The notes: generated by a model from the letters alone, not told the origin. A stretch of 64,000 bases of DNA from Patescibacteria group bacterium (GCA_036845805.1 DAIUDD010000001.1:103594-167593); one strand, 5' to 3'. Numbered from the stretch's first letter, positions 35,893-46,774 are shown. Program-made: numbers and translations.

Positions 35893-37050
35893 ATGAATAT
35901 TTTAATGCTTAGCTCGGACAAAACAGTTCTTAATGGCACAAGAATTGGCGACACAATTAACCGTCTGGAACTATATGGAAAAAATTTAACTTGGCTTGAT
36001 GTTGTTGTTTATGCTAATAAAAAAGAAAATTTTGATACTGTCAAAATTTCATCCAATGTCACCGGGATACCTTCAAATTCTTGGTCCAAATTATTTTTTT
36101 GTTTTGATGTTATAAAAATTTTTCACCGTCTTAATCTTAAACACAAAATAGATCTGATTATTGCTCAGGATCCTTTTATTTTTGCTTTGGCTGGTTGGTG
36201 GCTTAAGAAAAAATACAAAATCAAATTATTAATTCATTTTCATGGTGATTTTTGGCAAAATCCACAATGGCTCCAAGAAAAATGGTATAACATATTTCTA
36301 TTATTTTTAAGTTATTATACCGTTAAAAAAGCTGACGCCATTCGAGTTGTTTCGGCGGGTATTAAACAAAAATTAATTAGACGGGGGATTGGTGCCCAAA
36401 AAATAACAGTTATTTCGACTCCCGTAAATCTTAGATTATTTTTAATGGCAGACACCAAACAAAATCAATTAATAAAACAAAAATTTGGCCTCGTGTCAGA
36501 AGATAAGATAATTTTATTTGTTGGTCGTCTTGAACCGGAAAAAAATTTGTTGTGGTTTTTAGATGTTTTTAACGAGGTTATTAAACATGAACAATATGCC
36601 AAATTTTTAATTATTGGTACCGGCGGTGAAAGAAACAAAATAATTAAAAAAATAAAATTTTTAAATTTAACTAATAAAATAATTTTAATTGGAGGCATTA
36701 GTCATGCCGAACTACCTATTTATTATCATCTAGCTAATGTATTAGTTTTGCCTTCCACCTCTGAAAGTTTTGGCAAGGTTTTGGTCGAAGCCGGCGCTGC
36801 CGCCATACCGTGTGTGGCTTCGGCCACTACTGGTGCCAAAGAAATAATTAAAGATAATAAAACCGGATTTCTGGTACCCATTAATAATTTAGAAGAAATG
36901 AAAAATAAAATCCTGACCGTTTTAGCTGATAAAGAGTTGCAAAAAAAAATGGGCCAAACAGCCCAAAATTTTGTGAAAGAAAATTTTTCTCGCGAAATAT
37001 TAATTAAAAAAATAATTTATTTGTGGTCAAAAACAATCAACCAACTGTAA
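35893..37050 (+). CDS. Glycosyltransferase family 4
   Basis: SESFGKVLVEAGAAAIPCVASATTGAKEII. Confidence 0.8.
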   Translation: MNILMLSSDKTVLNGTRIGDTINRLELYGKNLTWLDVVVYANKKENFDTVKISSNVTGIPSNSWSKLFFCFDVIKIFHRLNLKHKIDLIIAQDPFIFALAGWWLKKKYKIKLLIHFHGDFWQNPQWLQEKWYNIFLLFLSYYTVKKADAIRVVSAGIKQKLIRRGIGAQKITVISTPVNLRLFLMADTKQNQLIKQKFGLVSEDKIILFVGRLEPEKNLLWFLDVFNEVIKHEQYAKFLIIGTGGERNKIIKKIKFLNLTNKIILIGGISHAELPIYYHLANVLVLPSTSESFGKVLVEAGAAAIPCVASATTGAKEIIKDNKTGFLVPINNLEEMKNKILTVLADKELQKKMGQTAQNFVKENFSREILIKKIIYLWSKTINQL

Positions 37051-37101
37051 TTTCAACATAATCTAAACACCCATTTTTTATGTTTTTGTCAAATAAAAAT
37101 T

Positions 37102-37130
37102 TTGACACATTAGAATAATTTTGCTATAAT
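37102..37130 (+). promoter_or_regulatory. Sigma70-type promoter
   Basis: TTGACA, 17 bp, TATAAT. About 100-nt leader to the 37232 ORF. Confidence 0.45.
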
Positions 37131-37231
37131 ATAGTCACATAAAACTCACGGTTCAAAAACGGGGGTTTTTGTGTCTTAAAGGTCGTTTTTAACAAATTAA
37201 CCAATAGTGGCCAATCGCTACTTATAAAAAT

Positions 37232-37495
37232 ATGACTTTATTTTTTATTGGTATTTTAGAAATGTTTATTGCCACTGCTTGGACCAAGGTAGTTACCAAA
37301 TCGCAAATTTTTTCTAGCGGACTAATCACTTTTATTAATATTATTATTTGGTATTATGTTTTGGAAAAAATCGTCAGTGATATTAATAATTGGAAGATAG
37401 TTATCTTATATTCTCTTGGCTGTGCCCTGGGCACAATTTTAACCACTTATTATTTTAAACACAAAGAGAATAAACAGAACGCCATAGAGACATAA
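37232..37495 (+). CDS. Small 3-TM membrane protein, hypothetical
   Basis: 87 aa, hydrophobic. Confidence 0.4.
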   Translation: MTLFFIGILEMFIATAWTKVVTKSQIFSSGLITFINIIIWYYVLEKIVSDINNWKIVILYSLGCALGTILTTYYFKHKENKQNAIET

Positions 37496-37538
37496 AATTA
37501 TGAACACCACAGACGTTCCAAGTATGTAAAACACCCTG

Positions 37539-38309
37539 TTAAATCTTTAAAGCGGGGTGTTTTAAATTATTTTTTAATTCTAATTTTATCTTATTTTCCA
37601 ATTCTTGTGGATGATGGCGACAATAAGATTCTAAATATCTGGCGGAAACATGGGCGGCTTGGGCGCCCTTTTTTATTTTATCTTTGTGGCGAATGTTAAA
37701 AAGCGTATTAATGTCATAACCCCAACCATTAGCCATTAAATTTCTTTCCCTTAATTCATGAATCAGCGTTAACTTTTTTTCTTTTTCATTTAAAACATTA
37801 TCAATCCAAATTTCATTTTTAGGAATAAAATTATAAACAAAACCATGGCCACCGGCGGTGAAATAAGTTAATAAAAAATCACGCACTAATCGACCGTCAA
37901 CTATCCAAATTTTAATCTGGTCATCGCTATATTTTGTCCATAATTTTTGATGAATCAGTTTCATTAATTCTCGCTTTTTATGTTTATTTTTTAATTTTTT
38001 TTTAATCCCTAACGACTGCAGACGTTCCAAATGTTCCATTTTATCAGCTTGGTTAAAAGCCCAATCATATTTTTTACCTTCAGCCATAAGCTTATGTTCC
38101 AAAAGTAAATGATTAATAAAAAATTTTTCTTCGCCCAAAACTTCAGTTTTATCTAACCAAAATTCATTGGTTGGAATAAAGCGGTAATGATAATGCTGTC
38201 CAAAATTAGAAAATTCAATATTAAAATGCTGGCGAATATAACTACCATCAACTATCCAAACTGTGATTTTGCCGATAGTTTTTATTTTTTTAAGACGCGG
38301 TTTTTTCAT
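37539..38309 (-). CDS. Hypothetical protein built from two tandem copies of an about 100-aa domain
   Basis: Residues about 16-110 and about 135-230 align: WIVDGxxxRxxFxxxFxxxGHxxxYxFIPxNExWxDxx...HELxExxLMAxGxxYDxAxN. Confidence 0.5.
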   Translation of the reverse strand: MKKPRLKKIKTIGKITVWIVDGSYIRQHFNIEFSNFGQHYHYRFIPTNEFWLDKTEVLGEEKFFINHLLLEHKLMAEGKKYDWAFNQADKMEHLERLQSLGIKKKLKNKHKKRELMKLIHQKLWTKYSDDQIKIWIVDGRLVRDFLLTYFTAGGHGFVYNFIPKNEIWIDNVLNEKEKKLTLIHELRERNLMANGWGYDINTLFNIRHKDKIKKGAQAAHVSARYLESYCRHHPQELENKIKLELKNNLKHPALKI

Positions 38310-38958
38310 GGTTTATTTTTTGTAATATTTTTATTTTTAAATATTTAATTATTTCTATAATAAATGGTAATAAGGAAACAAAGATAATTACTAAAACCAA
38401 AATTCCAAAATTGTCTTGCACCCAAGCAATATTGCCAAAAAAATAACCGCCAAAAACAAATAATGTGCACCACAAAAAAGCGCCTAATACATTATAAAAT
38501 AAAAAAATTGTATAAGACATTTTGCCAACGCCAGCTACAAACGGCGCAAAAGTCCTAATAATCGGAACGAAGCGGGCTAGAACAATAGTTTTTTTACCGT
38601 GTTTTTCATAAAATCTTTGGGCTTGCCACAGATGTTTTTTATTAAAAAAAAATGATCCTTCGCGTTTAAAAACTTTTGGCCCAATAAATTTTCCCAAGTG
38701 ATAATTAACAGTATCACCAATTATGGATGCTGTGAGGAAAATTAAAAAAGTTAATTCAATATTTAGCATATCTAAAGCTGCTAAAGCTCCAGCCGCAAAC
38801 AACAGACTGTCACCCGGTAAAAAGGGTGTTACAACCAGGCCGGTTTCAAAAAATACAACAAAAAATAAAAAAATATATGTTGTGGTTGAATAAACACTGA
38901 TTAGTTCTTGCAAATATCTATCAAGATGTAAGATTATATCAGCCAGTTTAAAAATCAT
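38290..38958 (-). CDS. DedA/VTT-family membrane protein
   Basis: GLVVTPFLPGDSLLFAAGALAA is the DedA core motif. Confidence 0.75.
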   Translation of the reverse strand: MIFKLADIILHLDRYLQELISVYSTTTYIFLFFVVFFETGLVVTPFLPGDSLLFAAGALAALDMLNIELTFLIFLTASIIGDTVNYHLGKFIGPKVFKREGSFFFNKKHLWQAQRFYEKHGKKTIVLARFVPIIRTFAPFVAGVGKMSYTIFLFYNVLGAFLWCTLFVFGGYFFGNIAWVQDNFGILVLVIIFVSLLPFIIEIIKYLKIKILQKINHEKTAS

Positions 38959-39985
38959 ATTTTTTTGTTAATTTATCTGAGATGAATTCATTAATTCCTT
39001 GGGAAAAATTACAGCCGACAATTCGGCAATATTTTTTACATTTTTTAAGTACTTTTCTTTCTCGGCTAGCATTTTTAAGAATTTTTTTTAATTCCTGCTG
39101 CACAACATTGCCAATCGGTCTCATCTTAAAACAAAAAGATGTGTCACCGTTGGGATAAATAACTAAATTACGTTGTCCGGCAAAACAACGAAATTTTAAA
39201 ACGCTTGATGGTTTTAAATAATATTCTTGCAGGGCTTTTATATTAACTAACGAATTTTTAATATTTTTTCTATTAGTCATTAGCCATGAAAAAAAATTAT
39301 TTACTTCTTTTTCATTTGGCCAGAGATCCGTCGGCAATTTATTATCAGCCATAAATTTTGACTCTTCCGATTCAATTTTTTCATCCAGTGGTTGCAATAT
39401 GATTTTTGTTTTTGGCAATGTTTGTAAAAATTTAATCAACGCTGGCGCTTCATTGATATTTTGAGCAGTAATAAGTAAGCCGATCTCCAATTCCACCTGT
39501 TTTTGATTAATAATTTCAATCGCTTTCTTAGCTTGTTCGTATGCCAATGAATATCCGCGCAAATAGTTATGTGTTTCTGGACTTAAGCTATAAAAAGATA
39601 ATTTAATATTATCTATGCCAGCATTTTTAAGTTTTTCTACCATTTCCTCATTAATTAATAAACCGTTGGTGTTAAGTGTTACTGTTTCAAAATGTTTTTT
39701 TAACTCTCTAATTATTTTTAACACCAAATTTTTTCTTATTAATGGTTCTCCCCCATTAATTTCTACAAAAGTTTTTGCTGGTAGTTCGTGATTTAATTTA
39801 TTTATTATATTTAACCAATCTTTTTCTTCTAATTCCGCGTTTGCTTCTTTTTGCCAAATAGTGCACGATTGACAACGAAAATTACATTTCATAGTAATAA
39901 TTAAACTTAAAAATGTGGGCTGGATAAAATGTTGACCAGTTTGATAACTTAATTCTTGAAAAAATTTACTAATTATTTTATTCAT
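38948..39985 (-). CDS. Radical SAM protein with C-terminal SPASM/twitch-like Cys-rich domain
   Basis: CNFRCQSC (CxxxCxxC). C-terminal FRCFAGQRN...CF...CKKYCRIVGCN cysteine cluster. Confidence 0.75.
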   Translation of the reverse strand: MNKIISKFFQELSYQTGQHFIQPTFLSLIITMKCNFRCQSCTIWQKEANAELEEKDWLNIINKLNHELPAKTFVEINGGEPLIRKNLVLKIIRELKKHFETVTLNTNGLLINEEMVEKLKNAGIDNIKLSFYSLSPETHNYLRGYSLAYEQAKKAIEIINQKQVELEIGLLITAQNINEAPALIKFLQTLPKTKIILQPLDEKIESEESKFMADNKLPTDLWPNEKEVNNFFSWLMTNRKNIKNSLVNIKALQEYYLKPSSVLKFRCFAGQRNLVIYPNGDTSFCFKMRPIGNVVQQELKKILKNASRERKVLKKCKKYCRIVGCNFSQGINEFISDKLTKKYDF

Positions 39986-40102
39986 TGTTAAACATTATTT
40001 TTTGACTTTTTCTATAAAATTAGGTAAAATTATAACGCTTTATCTTGACATTATTATATCATTGTTATCTTAAAAAGGGCAAACAAAAAATTCATAAAAT
40101 TT

Positions 40103-41164
40103 ATGAATCTCCTTGTTTTTACTAGAAAAGTTGATCAACACGATGAGCGCGCCGGCTTTATGTCTGAATGGCTTACTTTTTTGGCTGCTCACTTAAATAA
40201 ATTAATTGTCATTTGCCAAGAAGTTGGTGATATTTCCGGTTTACCAAACAATGTCACGGTTTATTCATTGGGTAAGGAAAGTGGTAAAAGTAAGCTTTAT
40301 CAATTAGTCAAATGTCAAATGTTAATTGTCAAATGTTTGCCAAAAGTTGATGGTGTGTTTGTACATATGATTCCACACTATAGCCTTTTAGTTGGCCCTT
40401 GGTGTAAAATTTTTCATAAAAAATTAATTCAATGGTATGCGCATGGCACGGTTGACCGTTGGTTAAAATTGGCGCACTTTTGGATTGATGAATTTGTTAC
40501 TTCTTCTAAAGACGGTTTTCGTTTGATAACTAAGAAACCAGTTCATATTATCGGGCAGGGGATTAATATAGATAAATTTAAAAATCAAAAACCAAAAATT
40601 AAAATTAATGACAAATTTATTATCTTAACCGTTGGTCGGATTAGTCCGGTTAAAAATTTAGATATTTTAATTAAAGTAATTGAAAATATTCAACACACTG
40701 ATTCTGTTTTGCGCGATAAAATATTGTTACAAGTTATTGGTGGTCCTGGTTTACCGACTCAGGCGACATATCTTAAAGAATTAGAACAAGCAGTAACTGC
40801 TAAAAATTTAAATAATGTAATCGATTTTTTAGGTCCTCTGCCACCAAAAGAAATTTTACCATATTATCAAAACGCTGATTTGTTTATTAATTTATCAGAT
40901 ACCGGCTCACTAGATAAGGCGGTATTAGAAGCCATGGCTGCCGGCCTTTTAATCTTAACTGCAAATCCCGCCTATCAACACATTATTCCACAAGAATTAT
41001 TTTTACCTACTAAAGAAGTTAATTATATTACCCAAAAAATTACTGAGCTTTATCTCCTTCCGAGCGATAAAAAAAATATTTTACAAAACCAATTAACCAC
41101 TGAAGTTGAGCAAAATCATAATCTAAATAATTTTATTAAAAAAATCATTGCTTTATATGAATAA
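40103..41164 (+). CDS. Glycosyltransferase family 4
   Basis: SLDKAVLEAMAAGLLILTANPA. Confidence 0.7.
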   Translation: MNLLVFTRKVDQHDERAGFMSEWLTFLAAHLNKLIVICQEVGDISGLPNNVTVYSLGKESGKSKLYQLVKCQMLIVKCLPKVDGVFVHMIPHYSLLVGPWCKIFHKKLIQWYAHGTVDRWLKLAHFWIDEFVTSSKDGFRLITKKPVHIIGQGINIDKFKNQKPKIKINDKFIILTVGRISPVKNLDILIKVIENIQHTDSVLRDKILLQVIGGPGLPTQATYLKELEQAVTAKNLNNVIDFLGPLPPKEILPYYQNADLFINLSDTGSLDKAVLEAMAAGLLILTANPAYQHIIPQELFLPTKEVNYITQKITELYLLPSDKKNILQNQLTTEVEQNHNLNNFIKKIIALYE

Positions 41165-41813
41165 CGGATTATTAAATTTTGAAAATAATCGCTGGCAAAC
41201 AAAAGATCAAACCATGGAATTTCGCCATCGAGCAGCCTTGGGTTTGGTTACTGAAGGGCCAGTTTTAGATCTTGGTTGTGGCGATGGTTTGTTTTTAAAA
41301 TTATTACAAAATAAGGGGTTTATAGCCGAGGGAATAGATATTTCCTCAAAAGCCATTGAAAAATGTCAAAAACAAGGCTTAAAAGCCCAAATTTTAGACT
41401 TTACTAGCCAGGCCTTACTATATTCTGATCAAAACTTTAAAACTGTGGTTTTGCTTGATGTTTTAGAACACACCTATCAGCCAGAATTAATTTTACAAGA
41501 AGCCGCCCGAGTGTCATCAAAAAATATTGTTTTTAGCATACCAAATTTTAATTCTTTACCTGCTCGGCTGCAAGTTTTGATAGGCCGCGTGCCAGAAAAT
41601 AACCGCCCCAAAAAAGCTCATGTTTATTGGTTTAATTATGCGGTTATTAAAAAAATTTTAAAACAAAATAATCTAAAAATAATAACCATAAAAACTCACA
41701 CCTTTTGGCAGAATAAATTTTTAATAAAATATTTAATGAAGTTTTTGTTAAAAATCTGGCCAAGTTTATTCGCCTTAAGTTTTGTCATTAAAGCTCAAAA
41801 ATATGAACCGTAA
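41148..41813 (+). CDS. Class I SAM-dependent methyltransferase
   Basis: VLDLGCGDGLFLKLL motif I. IAEGIDIS motif II. Confidence 0.7.
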   Translation: MLYMNNGLLNFENNRWQTKDQTMEFRHRAALGLVTEGPVLDLGCGDGLFLKLLQNKGFIAEGIDISSKAIEKCQKQGLKAQILDFTSQALLYSDQNFKTVVLLDVLEHTYQPELILQEAARVSSKNIVFSIPNFNSLPARLQVLIGRVPENNRPKKAHVYWFNYAVIKKILKQNNLKIITIKTHTFWQNKFLIKYLMKFLLKIWPSLFALSFVIKAQKYEP

Positions 41814-42699
41814 GGGGCTAAAATGGGAATTATCACACCTTAAAAAAGCGTTTCTTGCTTATCATCAGGGTTGGCGTTATATTTTTAATAAATTTTTTAT
41901 TGCTAAAAAAATTATCCGAGAAAAATTTTCTTATGCCAGTAATGCAGAGTCAAACCTATCAATCCACGTTTTAGTGTGCCAGCGCGATTTTATTATGTTG
42001 CTCTGGTCATTAAAAAGTTTTTTTTCTTTTTTTAATTATCCATTTCAACTTTATCTTCATAATGATGGCACTCTCTCTTTAAAGCAAATTAATATTTTAA
42101 AAAAATATTTTCCCAAAGCAATTTGTGTTGAGCCAACTGAAATATTAAACAATAAAAATTTAACCGCTTATCCCGTTATCAAAAATTTTTTACTAACACA
42201 CCCCAATTATTATTTAATGAAAAAGATAGTTGATTCATATTTTATTTCTGAGAAAAATAATATCTTGGTCATTGATAGTGACTTGTTGTGGTTTAAAGCG
42301 CCCGAGGAGTTGTTAAACAATCTAAATAATAATTGCGACAAATCTTTGATGATGTGGAGTCCACTACCCGGACCAGTTTATTTTAAAGATGGCACCGTAT
42401 TAGATGAAAATTTAAGTCACTATAATTCTGGCATTGTGCTCTATCAGCGCGCTAATTTTAATCTGGTAAAACTTTCCGAATACTTAGAAAAAATTGATAC
42501 TGATAATCCAACTAACTTTCAATTCATTGAAGAAGCCGGCTTTACCCAATGTTTAAAAAATCTACAACTTTTACCCAAAGAAAAATATATTATTAAAGGC
42601 AAGGTTGATGAACAAATAGTAGCCCGTCATTATACCTCTCCTCGTCGCCCGGGCTTTTATCTGGAAGGTCTTAGTATATTAATTAAAAATAAACCATAA
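41782..42699 (+). CDS. Hypothetical protein, possible GT-A-like nucleotide-sugar transferase
   Basis: Candidate DxD (VIDSDLL) in an alpha/beta context. No secure family assignment. True start may be an internal Met. Confidence 0.4.
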   Translation: MSLKLKNMNRKGLKWELSHLKKAFLAYHQGWRYIFNKFFIAKKIIREKFSYASNAESNLSIHVLVCQRDFIMLLWSLKSFFSFFNYPFQLYLHNDGTLSLKQINILKKYFPKAICVEPTEILNNKNLTAYPVIKNFLLTHPNYYLMKKIVDSYFISEKNNILVIDSDLLWFKAPEELLNNLNNNCDKSLMMWSPLPGPVYFKDGTVLDENLSHYNSGIVLYQRANFNLVKLSEYLEKIDTDNPTNFQFIEEAGFTQCLKNLQLLPKEKYIIKGKVDEQIVARHYTSPRRPGFYLEGLSILIKNKP

Positions 42700-42736
42700 T
42701 TTTAAATTTTGATTTTTAAATTTTAAATTAAATAAA

Positions 42737-44563
42737 ATGTGTGGTATCAACGGCTTTAATTGGCCAGATTCAGAATTAATCAAAAAAATGAACCAAGCTA
42801 TCAGCCACCGTGGTCCAGATGATAGCGGGATTTTAGTTGATGAAAAATTTTCACTTGGGCATCAACGTCTTTCGATTATCGATTTGTCCGTCCAAGGACA
42901 CCAACCAATGGTTCATCAAAATTTAGCCATTGTCTTTAATGGTGAAATTTATAATTTTCAAGAATTAAAAAAAGAATTAGAAAAACTTAACTACCGTTTT
43001 GATTCGCTGAGCGACACCGAAGTATTGCTCAAAGGTTATCATGCCTGGGGTAAAAATTTATTAAATAAATTAAACGGCATTTTTGCTTTTGCTATTTGGG
43101 ATAATCAAAAACAGGAATTGTTTTTAGCGCGTGATCATCTCGGCATTAAACCTCTTTTTTATTATCATAAAAATGATAAATTTATTTTTTCTTCTGAGTT
43201 GGGCGGCATGCTGGAACACAAAAACATTGATAAAACCATTGTGCCAGAAAGAATTTCTTTTGTGATTGATATGAATTGTTTGCCCGGCAATCTGACTATG
43301 TGCCAATATATTTATCAGCTGCCAGCCGCACATTATGCCATCCTACAAAAAAATAAATTAACCATTAACCGTTATTGGCACGTTAATGATTTTGAAGACA
43401 TAGAAGACAGAGAAATCATCAAACACCAAATAAAAGAATTATTAATTGATGCAGTCAAAAAACAAATGATTAGTGATGTACCTCTTGGCGTGTTTCTATC
43501 GGGTGGCATTGATTCGAGCATTATCACTATGTTGGCCCAAAAAAACAGCTCCGTGCCCATTAAAACTTTTTCTGTCGGCTTTGACGTGGCTTATGGTCAT
43601 GAAAAATACAATGCTGATTTTGATTTGGCTCGCCAAACTGCTAAATATTTTAAAACCAATCACCATGAATTATTTCTCAAAAAAAGCCAAGCCTTAGAAT
43701 ATATGGAAGATTTAGTTAAAAATATTGACCAACCCAATGGCATGACTACCGCCATTCCGAGTTATTGGCTTGCCAAGTATGCTAAAAACGAAGTCAGTGT
43801 GGTTTTGGGTGGCGATGGCGGAGACGAACTTTTTGGCGGTTATCCTAGGTATCAATTAAGTCTTTGGGTTAGTTATTGGCAGAAATTACCTTCCGTAATT
43901 AAAAAAATACTCGGACCGTTTATTAATCAAGAAAAGTTAAGGCGTCTTAATCTTGACTCATATTTAAATCGATATCTGGATTTAAAATGTCATCACGAGG
44001 TTGGTGTTGATAAAATTTTTTATAATCATTATCAACCGCGATTAATTAATGATTATCTACAAAAAAATTATTTTAATCAGCCATTACCCACTAATGATTT
44101 TGAAAAATATTTTATGTGGGTGGATACGCAAACTTGGCTTGTCGATCATTCATTAATTCGGACTGATAAAACCACCATGAGTTTTGCCTTGGAGGAGCGT
44201 GTTCCAATTTTAGATCATCGCCTAGTTGAATTATCTTTAAAAATACCTACTCGCTACAAAGTTGATTTAAAAAATACTAAAAAAATCTTTAAAGAAACAT
44301 TTAAATCAGATTTACCCGCATATCTCTTTAAACAACCCAAGCGCGGTTGGCTTTCGCCCGCTGCCCAGTGGCTCCGCGGCGAATTAAAAAATTTTGCCTA
44401 TGATGTTTTGGCAGATAATTTTGCTCCGACTTCCAATAATATCATTGATTTAAAAGCCGCTCGCCAAATGCTTGATGATCACATTAGTGGTAAAAAATAT
44501 AATTTGCATTTATTATGGATTATCATAACCTATCAACTTTGGTCTCGCCGCCTCAATTCTTAA
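42737..44563 (+). CDS. asnB: Asparagine synthase (glutamine-hydrolysing) family amidotransferase
   Basis: N-terminal MCGI nucleophile. SGGIDSS PP-loop. Confidence 0.85.
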   Translation: MCGINGFNWPDSELIKKMNQAISHRGPDDSGILVDEKFSLGHQRLSIIDLSVQGHQPMVHQNLAIVFNGEIYNFQELKKELEKLNYRFDSLSDTEVLLKGYHAWGKNLLNKLNGIFAFAIWDNQKQELFLARDHLGIKPLFYYHKNDKFIFSSELGGMLEHKNIDKTIVPERISFVIDMNCLPGNLTMCQYIYQLPAAHYAILQKNKLTINRYWHVNDFEDIEDREIIKHQIKELLIDAVKKQMISDVPLGVFLSGGIDSSIITMLAQKNSSVPIKTFSVGFDVAYGHEKYNADFDLARQTAKYFKTNHHELFLKKSQALEYMEDLVKNIDQPNGMTTAIPSYWLAKYAKNEVSVVLGGDGGDELFGGYPRYQLSLWVSYWQKLPSVIKKILGPFINQEKLRRLNLDSYLNRYLDLKCHHEVGVDKIFYNHYQPRLINDYLQKNYFNQPLPTNDFEKYFMWVDTQTWLVDHSLIRTDKTTMSFALEERVPILDHRLVELSLKIPTRYKVDLKNTKKIFKETFKSDLPAYLFKQPKRGWLSPAAQWLRGELKNFAYDVLADNFAPTSNNIIDLKAARQMLDDHISGKKYNLHLLWIIITYQLWSRRLNS

Positions 44564-44567
44564 ATAT

Positions 44568-45698
44568 ATGAAATTAGTCTATTTAACTAACGCCCGTATT
44601 CCCACCGAAAAAGCCCACGGTTATCAAATTATTAAAACTTGTGAAGCCTTGGCTGATTTGGGTATGGATGTGGAATTAGTGGCGCCTACCAGAAAAAATT
44701 TTATTACGGAAAGTATTTTCTCTTTTTATCAAGTTAAAGATAATTTTAGAATCACCTATCTTAAAAGTTTTGATTTTTTTGCCTGGCATAAAATCCTTGG
44801 ACATTTAAGTTTTTTTTTAAACAGCCTTACCTTTCTTTTAAAACTGCGCCAAATTAAAATTGCTAAAGACTCGCTTATCTATACTCGTCAGGCAGAAATC
44901 GCTTGGCTCATGGCTAAACGCGGTTATCAAACTTTTTTTGAAGCTCATCGCTGGCCGTTAAGTAAAAATTTCTTTTTTAAATCTTTTCTCAAAAATATCA
45001 CTGGTGTTATTGGAAATTCACAAGGCACCATTAATGAGTTTACCAAACGTGGCTGGACTAATGTTTTAGTCGCTCCCAATGGAGTTGATTTAGATGAATT
45101 TAATTTAAAAGAAAATAAAATTGAATTACGCCAATCATTAAAATTACCGCTTGATAAAAAAATAATTCTCTATGTTGGACATCTATATTATTGGAAAGGA
45201 ATTGAAGTCATCTTGGCGCTGGCAGAAAAATTTAAATCAAACTCTGAGATTGTTTTTGTTATTGCCGGAGGTACTAAAACCGATCTAGAAACATATCAAA
45301 AAATTATTACGGACAAAAAAATAACGAACCTTTTACTTTTAGGTTTACAGCCACATGATAGAATTCCGGCTCTTTTAAAATGCGCCGATCTGTTATTATT
45401 ACCAAACACTTCTGTGACCGAAGAATCAAAATCTCAAACCTCGCCTATCAAAATGTTTGAATATATGGCTTCGGGCGTGCCAATTTTGGCTTCCGATTTG
45501 CCCAGTATTAAAGAAGTGCTTAATTTCCATAACGCTTTTTTAGCTCCGGCTGGTAATGTCCAGGCTTGGCAGGAACAAATTATAGCTATTTTACAAAATC
45601 CAGCTTTGTCTGTTAAAATTGCTACCGAAGCCTTAAACGACGTCCAGCAGTATAGTTGGCATAAACGAGCAGAAAAAATTATAAATTTTATTAAATAA
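44568..45698 (+). CDS. Glycosyltransferase family 4
   Basis: EYMASGVPILASDLPSIKEVL. Confidence 0.75.
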   Translation: MKLVYLTNARIPTEKAHGYQIIKTCEALADLGMDVELVAPTRKNFITESIFSFYQVKDNFRITYLKSFDFFAWHKILGHLSFFLNSLTFLLKLRQIKIAKDSLIYTRQAEIAWLMAKRGYQTFFEAHRWPLSKNFFFKSFLKNITGVIGNSQGTINEFTKRGWTNVLVAPNGVDLDEFNLKENKIELRQSLKLPLDKKIILYVGHLYYWKGIEVILALAEKFKSNSEIVFVIAGGTKTDLETYQKIITDKKITNLLLLGLQPHDRIPALLKCADLLLLPNTSVTEESKSQTSPIKMFEYMASGVPILASDLPSIKEVLNFHNAFLAPAGNVQAWQEQIIAILQNPALSVKIATEALNDVQQYSWHKRAEKIINFIK

Positions 45699-45700
45699 AT

Positions 45701-46774
45701 ATGACTATTTGTTATTTTGGCGATTATCATCCTAATTATCCCAGGCACAAAATTTTAATTAATGGCTTAAGATTAAACGGCGTTGAAGTAATCGAAAAAA
45801 GAACAGAAAAAAGGGGCTTAGCTAAATACGTAGACTTAATTAAGATGATTCTTGCTATTAATTATGATAAAAATATAGCTCTTGTCTTGGTCGCCTATTC
45901 TGACAGCCGGTTTGTTTGGTTATTAAAAATTTTTGCCAAAAAGCCTTTGATTTGGAATGCTTTTTATTCTATTTATGACAATTGGATTTACGACCGAAAA
46001 TTAGCTTCCCCCCTAAGTCTAAAGGCTCTTTATTTTTGGCTTTCTGATTGGATTTGCTGTCAAGCGGCTGATTTAATTATTTTAGAAACAAACAACGATA
46101 TAGAATATTTTGTTAAAACTTTTCATATTAAAAAAAAGAAATTTATCAGAGTTTTTGTTGGATACGATGAAGAAGTAATGTATCCTCGCCCCAGCGAAAA
46201 AAAGGGAGACGAATTTATCGTTGAATTTCATGGCAAGTATATTCCGGTCCAAGGTATTGAATATATTGTCAAAGCCGCTAAATTATTAGAAAATGAAAAT
46301 ATTAAATTTATCATTATTGGTGAGGGTCAGGAATATAACCGTATTATGCAACTAAAGGAAGAGTTAAAACCTAATAATATTAATTTTATGCGCACTTTAC
46401 CCTTTATAGATTTACCACCATATATGGCCGCTGCTGATGTTTGTTTAGGACTTTTGGGTGATCGTTCGCGCATCGATCAGGCGATTCCCAATAAAATTTA
46501 TGAAGCTGCGGGTATGAAAAAAGCTTGTATCAATGCCGATACCAAAGCTATCCACGAACTTTTCACTAATCGGGAAAACATTTTACTTTGTCATCGTGCT
46601 GATCCAAAAGATTTAGCAGCCAAAATTTTAGAATTAAAAAATAATCCGGCGCTTAAAGAAAGAATTGCTCAACAGGCCCATGCTTTAGTGCGTGAAAAGG
46701 TTTCTTTTGCCGCTCTAGGCAAAACTTTAAAAGACGAATTAGAAAAACACTTTGGTTCATATGTACACCCATAA
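45701..46774 (+). CDS. Glycosyltransferase family 1/4-like
   Basis: Two-Rossmann GT-B layout. EAAGMKKACINADTKAIHEL. Confidence 0.55.
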   Translation: MTICYFGDYHPNYPRHKILINGLRLNGVEVIEKRTEKRGLAKYVDLIKMILAINYDKNIALVLVAYSDSRFVWLLKIFAKKPLIWNAFYSIYDNWIYDRKLASPLSLKALYFWLSDWICCQAADLIILETNNDIEYFVKTFHIKKKKFIRVFVGYDEEVMYPRPSEKKGDEFIVEFHGKYIPVQGIEYIVKAAKLLENENIKFIIIGEGQEYNRIMQLKEELKPNNINFMRTLPFIDLPPYMAAADVCLGLLGDRSRIDQAIPNKIYEAAGMKKACINADTKAIHELFTNRENILLCHRADPKDLAAKILELKNNPALKERIAQQAHALVREKVSFAALGKTLKDELEKHFGSYVHP

